Origin: Deltaproteobacteria bacterium
Lineage (GTDB): Bacteria > Myxococcota > Kuafuiibacteriia > Kuafuiibacteriales > Kuafuiibacteriaceae
Direction of reading: 5' to 3'
Assembly: GCA_016713425.1 (NCBI GenBank)
Contig: JADJPE010000005.1
Span: 992,111 to 1,056,110, forward strand
Length of the DNA stretch: 64,000 nucleotides
Shown: positions 8,079 through 17,105 of the stretch, piece after piece
Position numbering within the stretch: position 1 is the stretch's first letter
Layout of the letters: each line of letters begins with the position of its first letter
The notes under the pieces: generated by a model
Databases searched by the model: none
Seen by the model: the letters and a program-made list of their open reading frames with translations, nothing else
What the model was told of the DNA's origin: nothing
Translations under genes and position numbers: made by a program

Positions 8079-8318
8079 ATGAACCGAAACATCATCCACA
8101 CGATCATCTTCAGCGGATTCCTGGGCCTATCCTTTTCATGCAAAGGTGCAGGCGCCGATCTGAAGGCAAAAGCTCAACAGGAAGCTTGCGCCGAAAGCTG
8201 CGACAAGGCTCGCGCCGAGTGCGAGGAGAAATGCGCAGAAGAAACCGATGCCGACGCATGCAAGCTCGCCTGCGGTGCGGCGAAGGACAAGTGCGTCAGC
8301 GAGTGCAACGAAAAGTAG
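8079..8318 (+). CDS. Small secreted Cys-rich (four CX3C motifs) putative lipoprotein
   Basis: The signal peptide ends in the lipobox LSFSC. The mature region is about 60 aa and K/E/A-rich, with CAESC, CEEKC, CKLAC and CVSEC. Confidence 0.5.
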   Translation: MNRNIIHTIIFSGFLGLSFSCKGAGADLKAKAQQEACAESCDKARAECEEKCAEETDADACKLACGAAKDKCVSECNEK

Positions 8319-8458
8319 TCGCCGTCGCTGATTGCACGTTGCGAGCGGAGTCGCGCGTCGAGGCCAAGAGGCTCGCCGATGCGCGCTCCGCACGCGCCTC
8401 GAGATACGCGAACCTCGGCCACCGTCAACGAAGCCTCCGATTCCCGACGATCTCTAGC

Positions 8459-9577
8459 TCAGTTGCTCGTGCTCGAAAAAGCGACGACTTCGCCGAGCTC
8501 AATAAAGGCATGCGACGAATCGCTCGGTGCGATGACGAAGCGGAGCCACGGCGTCACCTGCTTGGGTCGGAAGTTCACGAGCGCCGACAGTGCACGGTCG
8601 CTCCCATTCCCACCGCAGAACTTGCCCTTGGCACTCCACCCCTGACTCGCGGACTTGGCCTCAGCCACGGTGTCGAAGGCCGTCGTGTTCGTTTCGATGC
8701 TCACACAGGCCTCATAGGCATTGTTCACGAGGGAGCCGAGGAGGCCGGCATCGGAAATCGAGGCACCGTTGTCGAACTTGACGTAGATCGCCGTGGCCTG
8801 GTTCTGAATGGTCTCGCGCGTCGTCACATCGCCGTCGTCGGCGCGGGTGTCGGTGAGCGCTTGGTCGCTGCCGGTTCCGACGGCCCAAATCCCCGCCACC
8901 GAGACGGGATCACCGGTGGGCGCCGGAACCGAGGCTGGAACGCTGAACTTGGCACGCGCGCGATACTGAAGGCCCTCGCCCGTGACGTAGCCAACGAAAT
9001 TCCCTCCATCCGAGTAGTAGTTGTAGAGCGAGAAAGTCGAGATGCCGAAGGTTAGGCGGTCCGTGCCGGTCGAAGAACAGCCGCCGAGCGTCGTGTCCAT
9101 CCCCGCCTCGCATCGAACGACGAGCTGGGGTGACGCCTGCCCGCCCACCTCGACGCGATAGAAGTTTCGACCACTGCTCGGCTCTGGCTTCAAACGACTC
9201 CAGGTGAAGTCGACGAGCCCCAACGACGCGCGTTCGAAGCTGACCTCCGCCTGAGCCGGCCAAAGCATCAGCGTCCCGGTATCCCACCCGAAGTCAGCCT
9301 CGCCGAAGGTCTGCACCTTTGTGAAGACGCCGGCGCGCCCAAGCGTATCGCTCGGGTCCTTGACCACGATGACAAGATCCGCCCCCTCGACGAGTCCCAT
9401 CGCATCGGCGGTCGTGCCCCGCACCGCGATGTCTTGGCCCGAAAAGGTGAAGCGGAACGTGCCGTCCGACGTCGTTCGCGTCGACAGAATGTGCTCAAAT
9501 CTGAAGACTGAGCTCGGGAACGTCACAGTTTTCGCCCGGGTCGCACTCGAAGAGGTCGTCGACCGACGGCTCGACAT
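8459..9577 (-). CDS. Secreted or surface protein, probably the downstream frame of a frameshifted lipoprotein gene
   Basis: It is a 372-aa beta-rich extracytoplasmic-type sequence with no signal peptide of its own. It overlaps the 3' end of the signal-peptide-bearing ORF 9495-9788 in another frame. Confidence 0.5.
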   Translation of the reverse strand: MSSRRSTTSSSATRAKTVTFPSSVFRFEHILSTRTTSDGTFRFTFSGQDIAVRGTTADAMGLVEGADLVIVVKDPSDTLGRAGVFTKVQTFGEADFGWDTGTLMLWPAQAEVSFERASLGLVDFTWSRLKPEPSSGRNFYRVEVGGQASPQLVVRCEAGMDTTLGGCSSTGTDRLTFGISTFSLYNYYSDGGNFVGYVTGEGLQYRARAKFSVPASVPAPTGDPVSVAGIWAVGTGSDQALTDTRADDGDVTTRETIQNQATAIYVKFDNGASISDAGLLGSLVNNAYEACVSIETNTTAFDTVAEAKSASQGWSAKGKFCGGNGSDRALSALVNFRPKQVTPWLRFVIAPSDSSHAFIELGEVVAFSSTSN

Positions 9578-9788
9578 CGAAGCCCGCGATGCGGTTCTGG
9601 TCGAAGAACTTGATCATCCGTACTTCTACGTTGCTGAGCGCAGAACCGTCGGCGCTGAGTAGCCGACCACTCGCCGTAAGCTGGGCGTTGGGGTCGAGCT
9701 TGGGATTGCTGTCGCAGGCTGAAAGCATCGCCCAGCCCACCATGAGGCAGCCGACCAGCGAAAAGCCGCGCATCGTCGAAACGTTCAT
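9495..9788 (-). CDS. Lipoprotein signal peptide plus N-terminal fragment, probably the upstream frame of the same gene as 8459-9577
   Basis: An ATG at 9788 is preceded by a perfect AAGGAGG RBS 7 nt upstream. The signal MNVSTMRGFSLVGCLMVGWAMLSAC ends in the lipobox LSAC. The frame stops at 9495, inside the 8459-9577 ORF. Confidence 0.45.
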   Translation of the reverse strand: MNVSTMRGFSLVGCLMVGWAMLSACDSNPKLDPNAQLTASGRLLSADGSALSNVEVRMIKFFDQNRIAGFDVEPSVDDLFECDPGENCDVPELSLQI

Positions 9789-10101
9789 GTTCGTGATTCC
9801 TCCTTGGACTCCGTGCTCTTTACACCGCAGCGGGCCGTCGAGGCCGACCGTGACTGCCCTCACGCGTTGAGCGACGGTGCGACGGTCTGTAGCACAGAAG
9901 ACAGGGGTACGGCACACGCGATCGGCCTTCACCGACTGCGACCACCTTGACCGCGCTCGACCCCCTCAGTACACCCACTCAAGTGGAGACATGGCTTCGC
10001 CTCTTGCTACTCGCGGGTGGAGGCGTATTGGCGCTTTCGGCTGGGTTGAGCCTCTATCATCATGCGCGGTTCGCTGAAGCCTTTCTCCGGCTCGTATTCG
10101 T

Positions 10102-11565
10102 GTGAACCTGCGTGATCTCAGCGGGGCTCACGCCCTGGTCTTAATGACAGGGTTGGGCTTTCTCCTCCAGTGGACGGCCCTCGTCATCGTGGGCCGAGCG
10201 CTCTGGGACGGCGTCCGCCAACGAAGGCGCGACCGCATGCCGGCTCCGGCGTACGTGAGCCCACGCGTTCGCGTTCGTTCAGATCTCTCCAACAACCCGG
10301 TCGGACCCACCACCCAAGGATCGAATCTCGCCCTGGCCCTGGCCGTCGCAGGCTGGGCGCTCCCGCTCATCGCGGCCACGATCAGTTGGCGACGCGCGTT
10401 CTTGGAGATCAAGTCGGTCAACGCGGTTCACGCCTTCGCCGAGCGCTTGGCGCTCCTCGAACGCGGCCTCGCCCATCATCTTTCGACATCGAACTGGACC
10501 TCCTGGAGCGTCTTTGCGGCTTGCCTTCTGGGCGCACTCATTTTCGCGCTCGACGCAAACGAGCGATACGCATACGCCCCTCGACTTGAGCGCCTCACCA
10601 TGACGTACGCGCCGGGTGCGGCTGGCCTTCTGTTCGGCTTTCTGGCCGCGGCCGCTGCGCTCTTCACGGAGCAAGTCAGGCGGTCGTTCAACACCATCGA
10701 CGATAGCAACTCGAGTGACCGCACGACTCAAGCGCTTCATACACTCGCGGAAGCACGCGTCCTGCTCGACGGCGCTGCGGCCACTGCGCTCATTGGGGGC
10801 ATCTTCGTGGTCATCATGATCGCTTCGGCCCTCACACGGACAAAAGCATCGTCGCCGCCCGCCGAACCGTCGACGAGGGGTTCTGAAAGAAGCGCACCAA
10901 GACGAGTCTCGGCCCGCCGCATCCTGCTCGCGGTGGCCGCGATGATGTTGCTGGGTATCTACTTCTCGGTCGAAGTCTGGTCGTTCGCAGAAGAAAACGA
11001 GGCCGAGCCCCTCCCGATCACACAACGCGGACGCTTTCCCTTCAGCCCCTCGGTCACCACGCCTCAAATCGAAGGGCCAGACGTCATTGACGCCGATCTC
11101 GAGCGCGAGCTCGAGACCCAGGCCGCGCCAACAATCGCCCTCAGCCCAGACCACGTCGAAGTCGCCGGTTTTTCAAGGCGCATCTCGAACGTCGCCTCTG
11201 CGTTGATCGAGCTCCGAGAGGTTCAGACGCTGCGTCAAGCGAAGAGTTCTTTCTCCGGAGCCGTCCTCTTTCTTGTCGATCGCAACGTCGATGGCCAACG
11301 CCTCAAGCGCGTGCTTCGCGCAACCGAAGAAGCAGGCTACGGGCGCGTGTACTTCCTCTTCGTCATCGCCAACGCCATTTCGCGCCCGCTCTTGGGAGAC
11401 CTTGAGACACTACACACGACGTCGGTCAGCGCCTGGCTAAGGCAGACGTCGGAGGCCAAAGTCATCGAGATTCCGGACCGTGAGCGCTTCAACGAGACAG
11501 CCAGACGCATCGTGGACGCGCAAGCGAATGGCGCGCCCATCGTCGTCCTGTTGGTCGACGAATGA
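10102..11565 (+). CDS. Hypothetical polytopic membrane protein
   Basis: It has a GTG start and multiple hydrophobic helices (LVLMTGLGFLLQWTALVIVG, LALALAVAGWALPLIAATI, IGGIFVVIMIAS, LLAVAAMMLLGIYF). I recognise no catalytic motif. Confidence 0.55.
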   Translation: MNLRDLSGAHALVLMTGLGFLLQWTALVIVGRALWDGVRQRRRDRMPAPAYVSPRVRVRSDLSNNPVGPTTQGSNLALALAVAGWALPLIAATISWRRAFLEIKSVNAVHAFAERLALLERGLAHHLSTSNWTSWSVFAACLLGALIFALDANERYAYAPRLERLTMTYAPGAAGLLFGFLAAAAALFTEQVRRSFNTIDDSNSSDRTTQALHTLAEARVLLDGAAATALIGGIFVVIMIASALTRTKASSPPAEPSTRGSERSAPRRVSARRILLAVAAMMLLGIYFSVEVWSFAEENEAEPLPITQRGRFPFSPSVTTPQIEGPDVIDADLERELETQAAPTIALSPDHVEVAGFSRRISNVASALIELREVQTLRQAKSSFSGAVLFLVDRNVDGQRLKRVLRATEEAGYGRVYFLFVIANAISRPLLGDLETLHTTSVSAWLRQTSEAKVIEIPDRERFNETARRIVDAQANGAPIVVLLVDE

Positions 11566-11644
11566 TCCTCGAGCTCGTCCCGCTAGCACGCACCAGCAAA
11601 AGCACGAAAGGGCACGCGCACGAGATCGAGATCGAGATCGAACG

Positions 11645-12283
11645 ATGATGGTAGACGACGACTTTTTTGCCCGCGACGCCTGCGAGGTCGCGAAGGACCT
11701 CATCGGAAAGGTTCTTCGGCGACGCACAGATGGCCTCTGGCTTTCTGCCGCGATCGTGGAAACAGAGGCCTACTACATGCGAGAACGAGCGAGTCATGCC
11801 TCGCTCGGGAGGACACCATCGCGGGAAGCACTCTTCGCTCCGCCGGGTACCATCTATATGTACTACGCGCGCGGGGGCGACTCTTTGAACGTAAGCTGTC
11901 TGGGTGATGGTGATGCGGTCCTCATCAAGGCCGGCATGCCGCAGGTCGATGCCATTTCGAAAGCGAATTCGCTCGAACGTATGCGAGTGCTGAACCCTGG
12001 TCCCCGGGGACAGATTCGAGCGGATGAGCGACTTTGTGGAGGCCAAACGTTGCTAGCCCGCGCACTTGGGTTGCGGGTACCGGAATGGAACGGCCAGCGC
12101 TTTCGAAGGCGTCTGTTCTACGTCGACGACATCGGTTATCGACCGCTCGAGATCATCGAGACGCCACGGATTGGAATTCCGGCGGGACGCGACGAGCACC
12201 TCATGTATCGCTTCGTCGATGCCAGCCGCGCGCAGTATGCCACGCCGCGTGCGCTCAGGCGAGAACCAGCGACCGATCGCTAG
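11645..12283 (+). CDS. mpg: DNA-3-methyladenine glycosylase (Mpg/AAG family)
   Basis: Matches the Mpg family at ARDACEVAKDLIGKVLRRR, IVETEAYYMRERASHASLGRTPSREALFAPPGTIYMY, and NVSC..GDAVLIKAG. The ATG lies just after a (GAGATC)3 tandem repeat. Confidence 0.85.
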   Translation: MMVDDDFFARDACEVAKDLIGKVLRRRTDGLWLSAAIVETEAYYMRERASHASLGRTPSREALFAPPGTIYMYYARGGDSLNVSCLGDGDAVLIKAGMPQVDAISKANSLERMRVLNPGPRGQIRADERLCGGQTLLARALGLRVPEWNGQRFRRRLFYVDDIGYRPLEIIETPRIGIPAGRDEHLMYRFVDASRAQYATPRALRREPATDR

Positions 12284-12284
12284 G

Positions 12285-12704
12285 CTACGCGGTCCCTTCG
12301 TCTTTGGAGTCGATGAGCGCCGCCTCCATAAGCACCGCCTCCACAAATTGCGTGACGTTCGGCGGGGGCGACGCGTGTGCGCGTCGGCCGTGCGTAAACG
12401 CGCGCACAGCCGTTTCCACGGCCTGCCGAAACTCGTTTCCATCGACCTCCTTCTTCCGCCGCGGCTCCATCTCGCGGAGGACGCCGGGAAAGAGGACCGT
12501 AAGAGCGCCTGCAGACCACTTCTCGTAGAAATTCGGGGTGTGATCAGCGGCCGTTCTTGGCTTCCTTGGCTCTAGAGTCGCCTGCTCGAACGACGGGCGG
12601 CGCACGTCGGGGGCGGCAGGAGCATGATTTCGCCCATGCCCATGCATCGCTTGTAGTCTTGCCGCGATGGCTCGATGCGGCGAATAGTAGTTCCGGATTT
12701 CCAT
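12285..12704 (-). CDS. Hypothetical protein (weak call)
   Basis: This is the C-terminal part of a long minus-strand ORF. It has protein-like composition (FYEKWSAGALTVLFPGVLREMEPRRKKEVDGNEFRQAVETAV...). The full-length ORF would overlap the HD-domain gene, so I call only the distal part. Confidence 0.3.
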   Translation of the reverse strand: MEIRNYYSPHRAIAARLQAMHGHGRNHAPAAPDVRRPSFEQATLEPRKPRTAADHTPNFYEKWSAGALTVLFPGVLREMEPRRKKEVDGNEFRQAVETAVRAFTHGRRAHASPPPNVTQFVEAVLMEAALIDSKDEGTA

Positions 12705-12827
12705 CCCAGGATGGGGTAGACGCAGCCAGCACGCACTGTCAAGCCAGTGAGTTGCGGTCTGCCCCCGTTCAATGAGCAAGGGACGTCTGTTGCGGGCCAC
12801 CTGACATGATGCGCCGAAGCTGAAATA

Positions 12828-13415
12828 GTGGGGCTCGTGGGCGATCCCCGTGAAGAGCACGAAAGCGACAACGGCATCTCGGTGCTTCTCGAAGCCTTGG
12901 TCTTCGCGTCCAAGAAGCACCGTCATCAACGGCGGAAAGATCGCGAGGCATCGCCGTACATCAACCACCCGATCATGCTGGCCAACATTCTCTGGAACGA
13001 GGCCGAGATACGCGACCTCACGGCCGTAGCCGCGAGCATTCTGCATGACACCGTGGAGGATACCGAAACGACGCTCCAGGAGATCGAGCTGGCGTTCGGA
13101 CCGCGCGTGGCTTCGGTGGTCGCCGAGGTGACCGACGACAAGACGTTGCCAAAGCAGGCGCGCAAACAACTTCAAGTGTTGCACGCAGCAAGTGCGAGCG
13201 ACCAAGCTAAGCTGGTCAAGATCGCGGACAAGATCGCCAACCTCCGCGACCTCGCGACCTCACCGCCACCTTCCTGGAGCTCGGAACGGGTCTCGGCGTA
13301 TTTTGAATGGTCGAAGGCGGTGATCGACGCTTTGCGAGGCAACCACCCGAGGCTCGAGGCGCTGTTCGATGAAGCCTACGCCAACGGTACCCGCGAGCAG
13401 AGCGAGACAAGATAG
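12828..13415 (+). CDS. HD-domain protein of the RelA/SpoT hydrolase type, a small (p)ppGpp pyrophosphohydrolase-like protein
   Basis: Motifs include KKHRHQRRKDREASPYINHPIMLANIL, ILHDTVEDT, and FGPRVASVVAEVTDDKTLPK...VKIADKIANLRDL. It has a GTG start. Confidence 0.75.
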   Translation: MGLVGDPREEHESDNGISVLLEALVFASKKHRHQRRKDREASPYINHPIMLANILWNEAEIRDLTAVAASILHDTVEDTETTLQEIELAFGPRVASVVAEVTDDKTLPKQARKQLQVLHAASASDQAKLVKIADKIANLRDLATSPPPSWSSERVSAYFEWSKAVIDALRGNHPRLEALFDEAYANGTREQSETR

Positions 13416-13628
13416 GATAAACAGCCCGCCAGGCGCGCTGGGTGCCCTCAGGAGGCGCCGCCGCCATCCGTCTTCGCTGATTGCGCACAAGACGCCTGTC
13501 TCGGAGTACAGGGCGTGACCTTGTTTCTGTCTGCGAAAAGTGTGAACAATCTCGGTCCGGTTTCGCCTGAAACATTTTCGCGGTCGGCGCGTAGATTCGG
13601 CGATCGAACCTATTCAACGGAGGTTTCT

Positions 13629-13949
13629 ATGAACACGAGCAAGATGTCGAAGCTGTCGGCGGGGATTTTGGGTGCTGCGGTAGCCGGCCTGATTGCAGGT
13701 ACGGGCGCCGCGCCAACGGCGGCTTACGCCGCCGAGTCAACACGGCATGTCGACGCCAAGAGCGGCTGCAACGGCAAACATGGTTGCGGCTCGGAAGAGA
13801 AGGAAGAGAAGGACGAAAAGCATTCGAAGGACGAAAAGGACTCGAAGAAGAAGGGGCACGCGGAGAAGACCAAGAAGCCAAAGAAAGGCGACGAGAAGCA
13901 CGCGTGCGGCGGAGCCCACGGTTGCGAAGGCAAAGACAAGACGCACTGA
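13629..13949 (+). CDS. Small secreted Cys/His-containing, Lys/Glu/Asp-rich protein, putatively metal-binding
   Basis: An ATG at 13629 follows a GGAGG RBS. The signal peptide is MNTSKMSKLSAGILGAAVAGLIAGTGAAPTAAYAAE. The mature part carries C-NGKHG-C-G and C-GGAHG-C-EGK embedded in a KEEKDEKHSKDEKDSKKK tract. Confidence 0.55.
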   Translation: MNTSKMSKLSAGILGAAVAGLIAGTGAAPTAAYAAESTRHVDAKSGCNGKHGCGSEEKEEKDEKHSKDEKDSKKKGHAEKTKKPKKGDEKHACGGAHGCEGKDKTH

Positions 13950-13982
13950 TCGGGCCCTAAGATAGCCGCGACCGCGTCGGCC

Positions 13983-15443
13983 TCAAGCAGCCCGAAGCTC
14001 CCGGAGAGCGTGCCGCAAAGTCACAAAGCCAAAGGGTCCAAGCGCCAGCACCGAAAAAACCAACGTCATCAGGGCGACGTCTATGTCGGGAAGAAACGCA
14101 ACCGCGAATCTTGGCGCAAAACCGACAGCAAGAGCCAACACGAGGCCCACCACGGTGTAGCGCACGTCAAAGGCAAAGCCGGTGACCTGCTCGCGGCGCA
14201 GGGCAAGCACAACAACGATGTGTCCGACCAGCGCACCGAGCGCGGCTCCGATCATGAGCCCAGAAAGCTCTCCCAGGTAGAACCCAGCGAGACACCCAAC
14301 CAGCGAGGCGACGGTCTTGGCGATCATGCTCATCGCCCATGGCCGGGACAATCCAAGCGCGAGCAGGGCGCGTCCCGCGGACTCATGGAGAAACGAGAAC
14401 CAAAGCCCGATCATCGAGAGCTGCGCAATCCATGCCGCATCTTGGTACCGCTTGTCATATAGGAGGAAGAAGAAGGCCGGCGCCGTCGCCGCACCCGCAC
14501 AAAAAGCCAGGAGACCAACCGAGAGGATGGTGCCTCGAGAGCGCTTGAAAGCGCTCTCGAAGTGGGCTCGACTCTCGGTGTTCGACTTTGCGAGGGCCGG
14601 CATGACCACCGCTTCGGTGATTCGGCTCGACATCTGCGTGAGGACAGCCGTGACCATGATGCCTACGCTGTAGACGCCGAGCACATCGAGAGGAAGTAGC
14701 CGCCCGAGCAGCATCACGTCCAATCTCATGGAAAAGAACGCGAACATGGTGCTCACGAAGATCCACCGACCGAACGAGAGAATGTCCTTCGCAAAGTCAC
14801 GGTCGTATTGAAACCTGTTCCTCGGTCCGGGCACCGCGAGATGACTCAAGACCAATCGCACGAGCGCCGCGACGATATGCCCAGAAACAAGCGCCCACAC
14901 GTTACGGTAGTAGAACGCGAAACTCAGCGTCGCTCCCAGCGCAGAGATCTGTGAAGCCAGCTCGATCAAGACCAGCCGCCCGAGGTCCATGTGGCGCATC
15001 AGCCTCGGGAGCTTCGTCGCCTCGAAGCCGCGCATGGGCGCTGTCAGGCCGGTTACGATGATGAGCGGAACCAACGATGGATTGTCATAGAAGCGCGCAA
15101 CCGGCACTGCAATCGCGACCGAGGCGACAAAAAGAAGAAGGCCCCGACTCGCTTGAATCGTAAAACTAGTATCCAGGAAACGTTGGTCGTCGCCCTTCGG
15201 ATGGCGAACAATCGCCGCCCCTACCCCGACGTTGGACATCAGCTCGATCGCCTGCATCACCATGACGACGATCGCCATGACGCCGAAGGCTTCAGGGACA
15301 AGAAGTCGCGTGAGCAGCATGTTGCCCACGACGCGCAACACTTGACCGGTGCCTTGGCCTACGACGCTCATGACGCTCGCTGAAAATGCGCGCGACTTGA
15401 GTGACTTCGGTGAATTCGATGACGACATGCGGCGCAGACTCAA
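13983..15443 (-). CDS. wzx: Polysaccharide biosynthesis protein, Wzx-type oligosaccharide flippase family
   Basis: The 486-aa protein has about 12-14 TM helices. The N-terminus VVGQGTGQVLRVVGNMLLTRLLVPEAFGVMAIV is typical of this flippase family. Confidence 0.7.
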   Translation of the reverse strand: MSLRRMSSSNSPKSLKSRAFSASVMSVVGQGTGQVLRVVGNMLLTRLLVPEAFGVMAIVVMVMQAIELMSNVGVGAAIVRHPKGDDQRFLDTSFTIQASRGLLLFVASVAIAVPVARFYDNPSLVPLIIVTGLTAPMRGFEATKLPRLMRHMDLGRLVLIELASQISALGATLSFAFYYRNVWALVSGHIVAALVRLVLSHLAVPGPRNRFQYDRDFAKDILSFGRWIFVSTMFAFFSMRLDVMLLGRLLPLDVLGVYSVGIMVTAVLTQMSSRITEAVVMPALAKSNTESRAHFESAFKRSRGTILSVGLLAFCAGAATAPAFFFLLYDKRYQDAAWIAQLSMIGLWFSFLHESAGRALLALGLSRPWAMSMIAKTVASLVGCLAGFYLGELSGLMIGAALGALVGHIVVVLALRREQVTGFAFDVRYTVVGLVLALAVGFAPRFAVAFLPDIDVALMTLVFSVLALGPFGFVTLRHALRELRAA

Positions 15444-16870
15444 GTGCGGAAGACGTGTTGGTCGCTGCTCGAAGACGGAGGCGAAAACGTGGCGCCAGGG
15501 CTCGCAATGAGACCCGGATAGAGGCTATAGAGGCTACCGGCCAGGAACAATGGGAAGCTCGTATACCACCCATTCGGGATGAGATCGATGGCACGTGCCG
15601 CCACCAAGAGGCACAAGCCGGCCATGAGCACACGGTCCTCCGGGTCACCGATCCGCGAGATCCGCCACCCCACCTTCAGCACAGGGTAAATCAACATCAA
15701 GAGGCATGCATACAGGCCGAGCAACCCCTGGGACCCGAGCGCGATGATCCAGTATCCGTCGGTCGCCGAGATGTCTTGCCCCGTTCGCATATCGAAGATC
15801 CGGTTTCGCCCATACGTCCCCCACCCGAAGACGGGACGTTCCATCGCGCGATCCACAAGGTTGTCTTCGTTGCGAAACCGATACTCCATCGACCACGCGC
15901 GCTCTGGGTTCCACGCATACAACTCCTTGAGCACGACTTCATAGGGAAACACGTCGACGACTCGGATCAGCGGATAGGCTGCAAGCACCAGACACACAAC
16001 CACCGCGAAACGTCCCTGGTTCTTGGGCTTGAAAACCTTCATCACGCCGAAGAAGACAACCCCATAGATGATCGCGGCCGTGCTCTTGACGACCACCATG
16101 ATGATGAAGAGATACCCAAGCACAACCCTAGAGCTGAACCTCCCGGTCGGAATTCGGACCTTCCGAAGGACCGCCGCAGCCAGCATACACATCATGAAGA
16201 ACTGTCCGACCGCGATCCCGCTATCCATGAATAGAAGCGGGCGCCATCCGCCGTAGCGACGTACGGTCGTGAATTCGTTCGGATGAACGCCATAGAAGTT
16301 GGCGTGAAGCTGCGGACTCATGCGGATCTCCCACAGCGCGAACAAGGAGTAGATGACGCCCGCCCCAGCCATGTATTTCAAGAGCAACCGCAGATCTTCG
16401 CGGGAACGAATCAGAACACGGCCGAGATAGAAAGGGATGCCGAACTCGAGAACGCTCTGCAGCGCTTCATGGAGTCCATCGTACATGGACAGACCTGGTC
16501 GCGTGTTGGGGCCAAACCGCAACGGATCTCCATTCAATTGTCCCGTGAGCAACCATCCAACGACGATCAAGGCCATCAGTGGGCCACCGAGGCGACCGCC
16601 TGGGATCCGTTCCCGCAGCACGCGCCGATGCACGAAGTAGAGCCCAGCCAGCAGGTAAAGGCCGATCAGGTGCTCCTTGTGCAGCTCGGGGAGCCCGGGC
16701 AGCTTGAACTCTGCGACCTGCGGCAAGAACATCAACCCTCCCAAGTAGACCCCAACGGCTGCCTTGGTGGGCGGATAGTGCTTCAACGCAAAGACCGTGG
16801 CGGGGAGCCACAACAACAGTGCGAGATATGCAAGAGCGTTCGGCACGACGGCGAGGCCGGATGATGCCAC
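15440..16870 (-). CDS. O-antigen ligase / Wzy-type polymerase family membrane protein
   Basis: The 476-aa polytopic membrane protein has a large periplasmic loop. A 4-nt overlap with the wzx start indicates a Wzx/Wzy pair. Confidence 0.6.
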   Translation of the reverse strand: MASSGLAVVPNALAYLALLLWLPATVFALKHYPPTKAAVGVYLGGLMFLPQVAEFKLPGLPELHKEHLIGLYLLAGLYFVHRRVLRERIPGGRLGGPLMALIVVGWLLTGQLNGDPLRFGPNTRPGLSMYDGLHEALQSVLEFGIPFYLGRVLIRSREDLRLLLKYMAGAGVIYSLFALWEIRMSPQLHANFYGVHPNEFTTVRRYGGWRPLLFMDSGIAVGQFFMMCMLAAAVLRKVRIPTGRFSSRVVLGYLFIIMVVVKSTAAIIYGVVFFGVMKVFKPKNQGRFAVVVCLVLAAYPLIRVVDVFPYEVVLKELYAWNPERAWSMEYRFRNEDNLVDRAMERPVFGWGTYGRNRIFDMRTGQDISATDGYWIIALGSQGLLGLYACLLMLIYPVLKVGWRISRIGDPEDRVLMAGLCLLVAARAIDLIPNGWYTSFPLFLAGSLYSLYPGLIASPGATFSPPSSSSDQHVFRT

Positions 16871-17105
16871 CGCTCAGCAACCGGCGCCACACTCGAAATG
16901 AGCTCTAAGACGGCGCCCCAGCAATGGCCGGCAGCCGTGCGTTCGAAAGATCTTCACCGGGCGGCGCATGCCATCCTCGACCCAGCCGGAATGCAAATTC
17001 TCCTGGCCGGGGAGGCGGCCGCCGCTCGAAACGCCGTCACAATCAACCGTCTGGAGGCGCCAGACATGACATCGTCAGTCTGATCGACTGGCGAGGCGAA
17101 GCGCA

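Noticed and set aside
12285-13205. The full-length 306-aa minus-strand ORF.
   Set aside because: Its 5' half overlaps the HD-domain (p)ppGpp-hydrolase-like gene, which has unambiguous motifs. I kept only the distal 12285-12704 part as a weak hypothetical.
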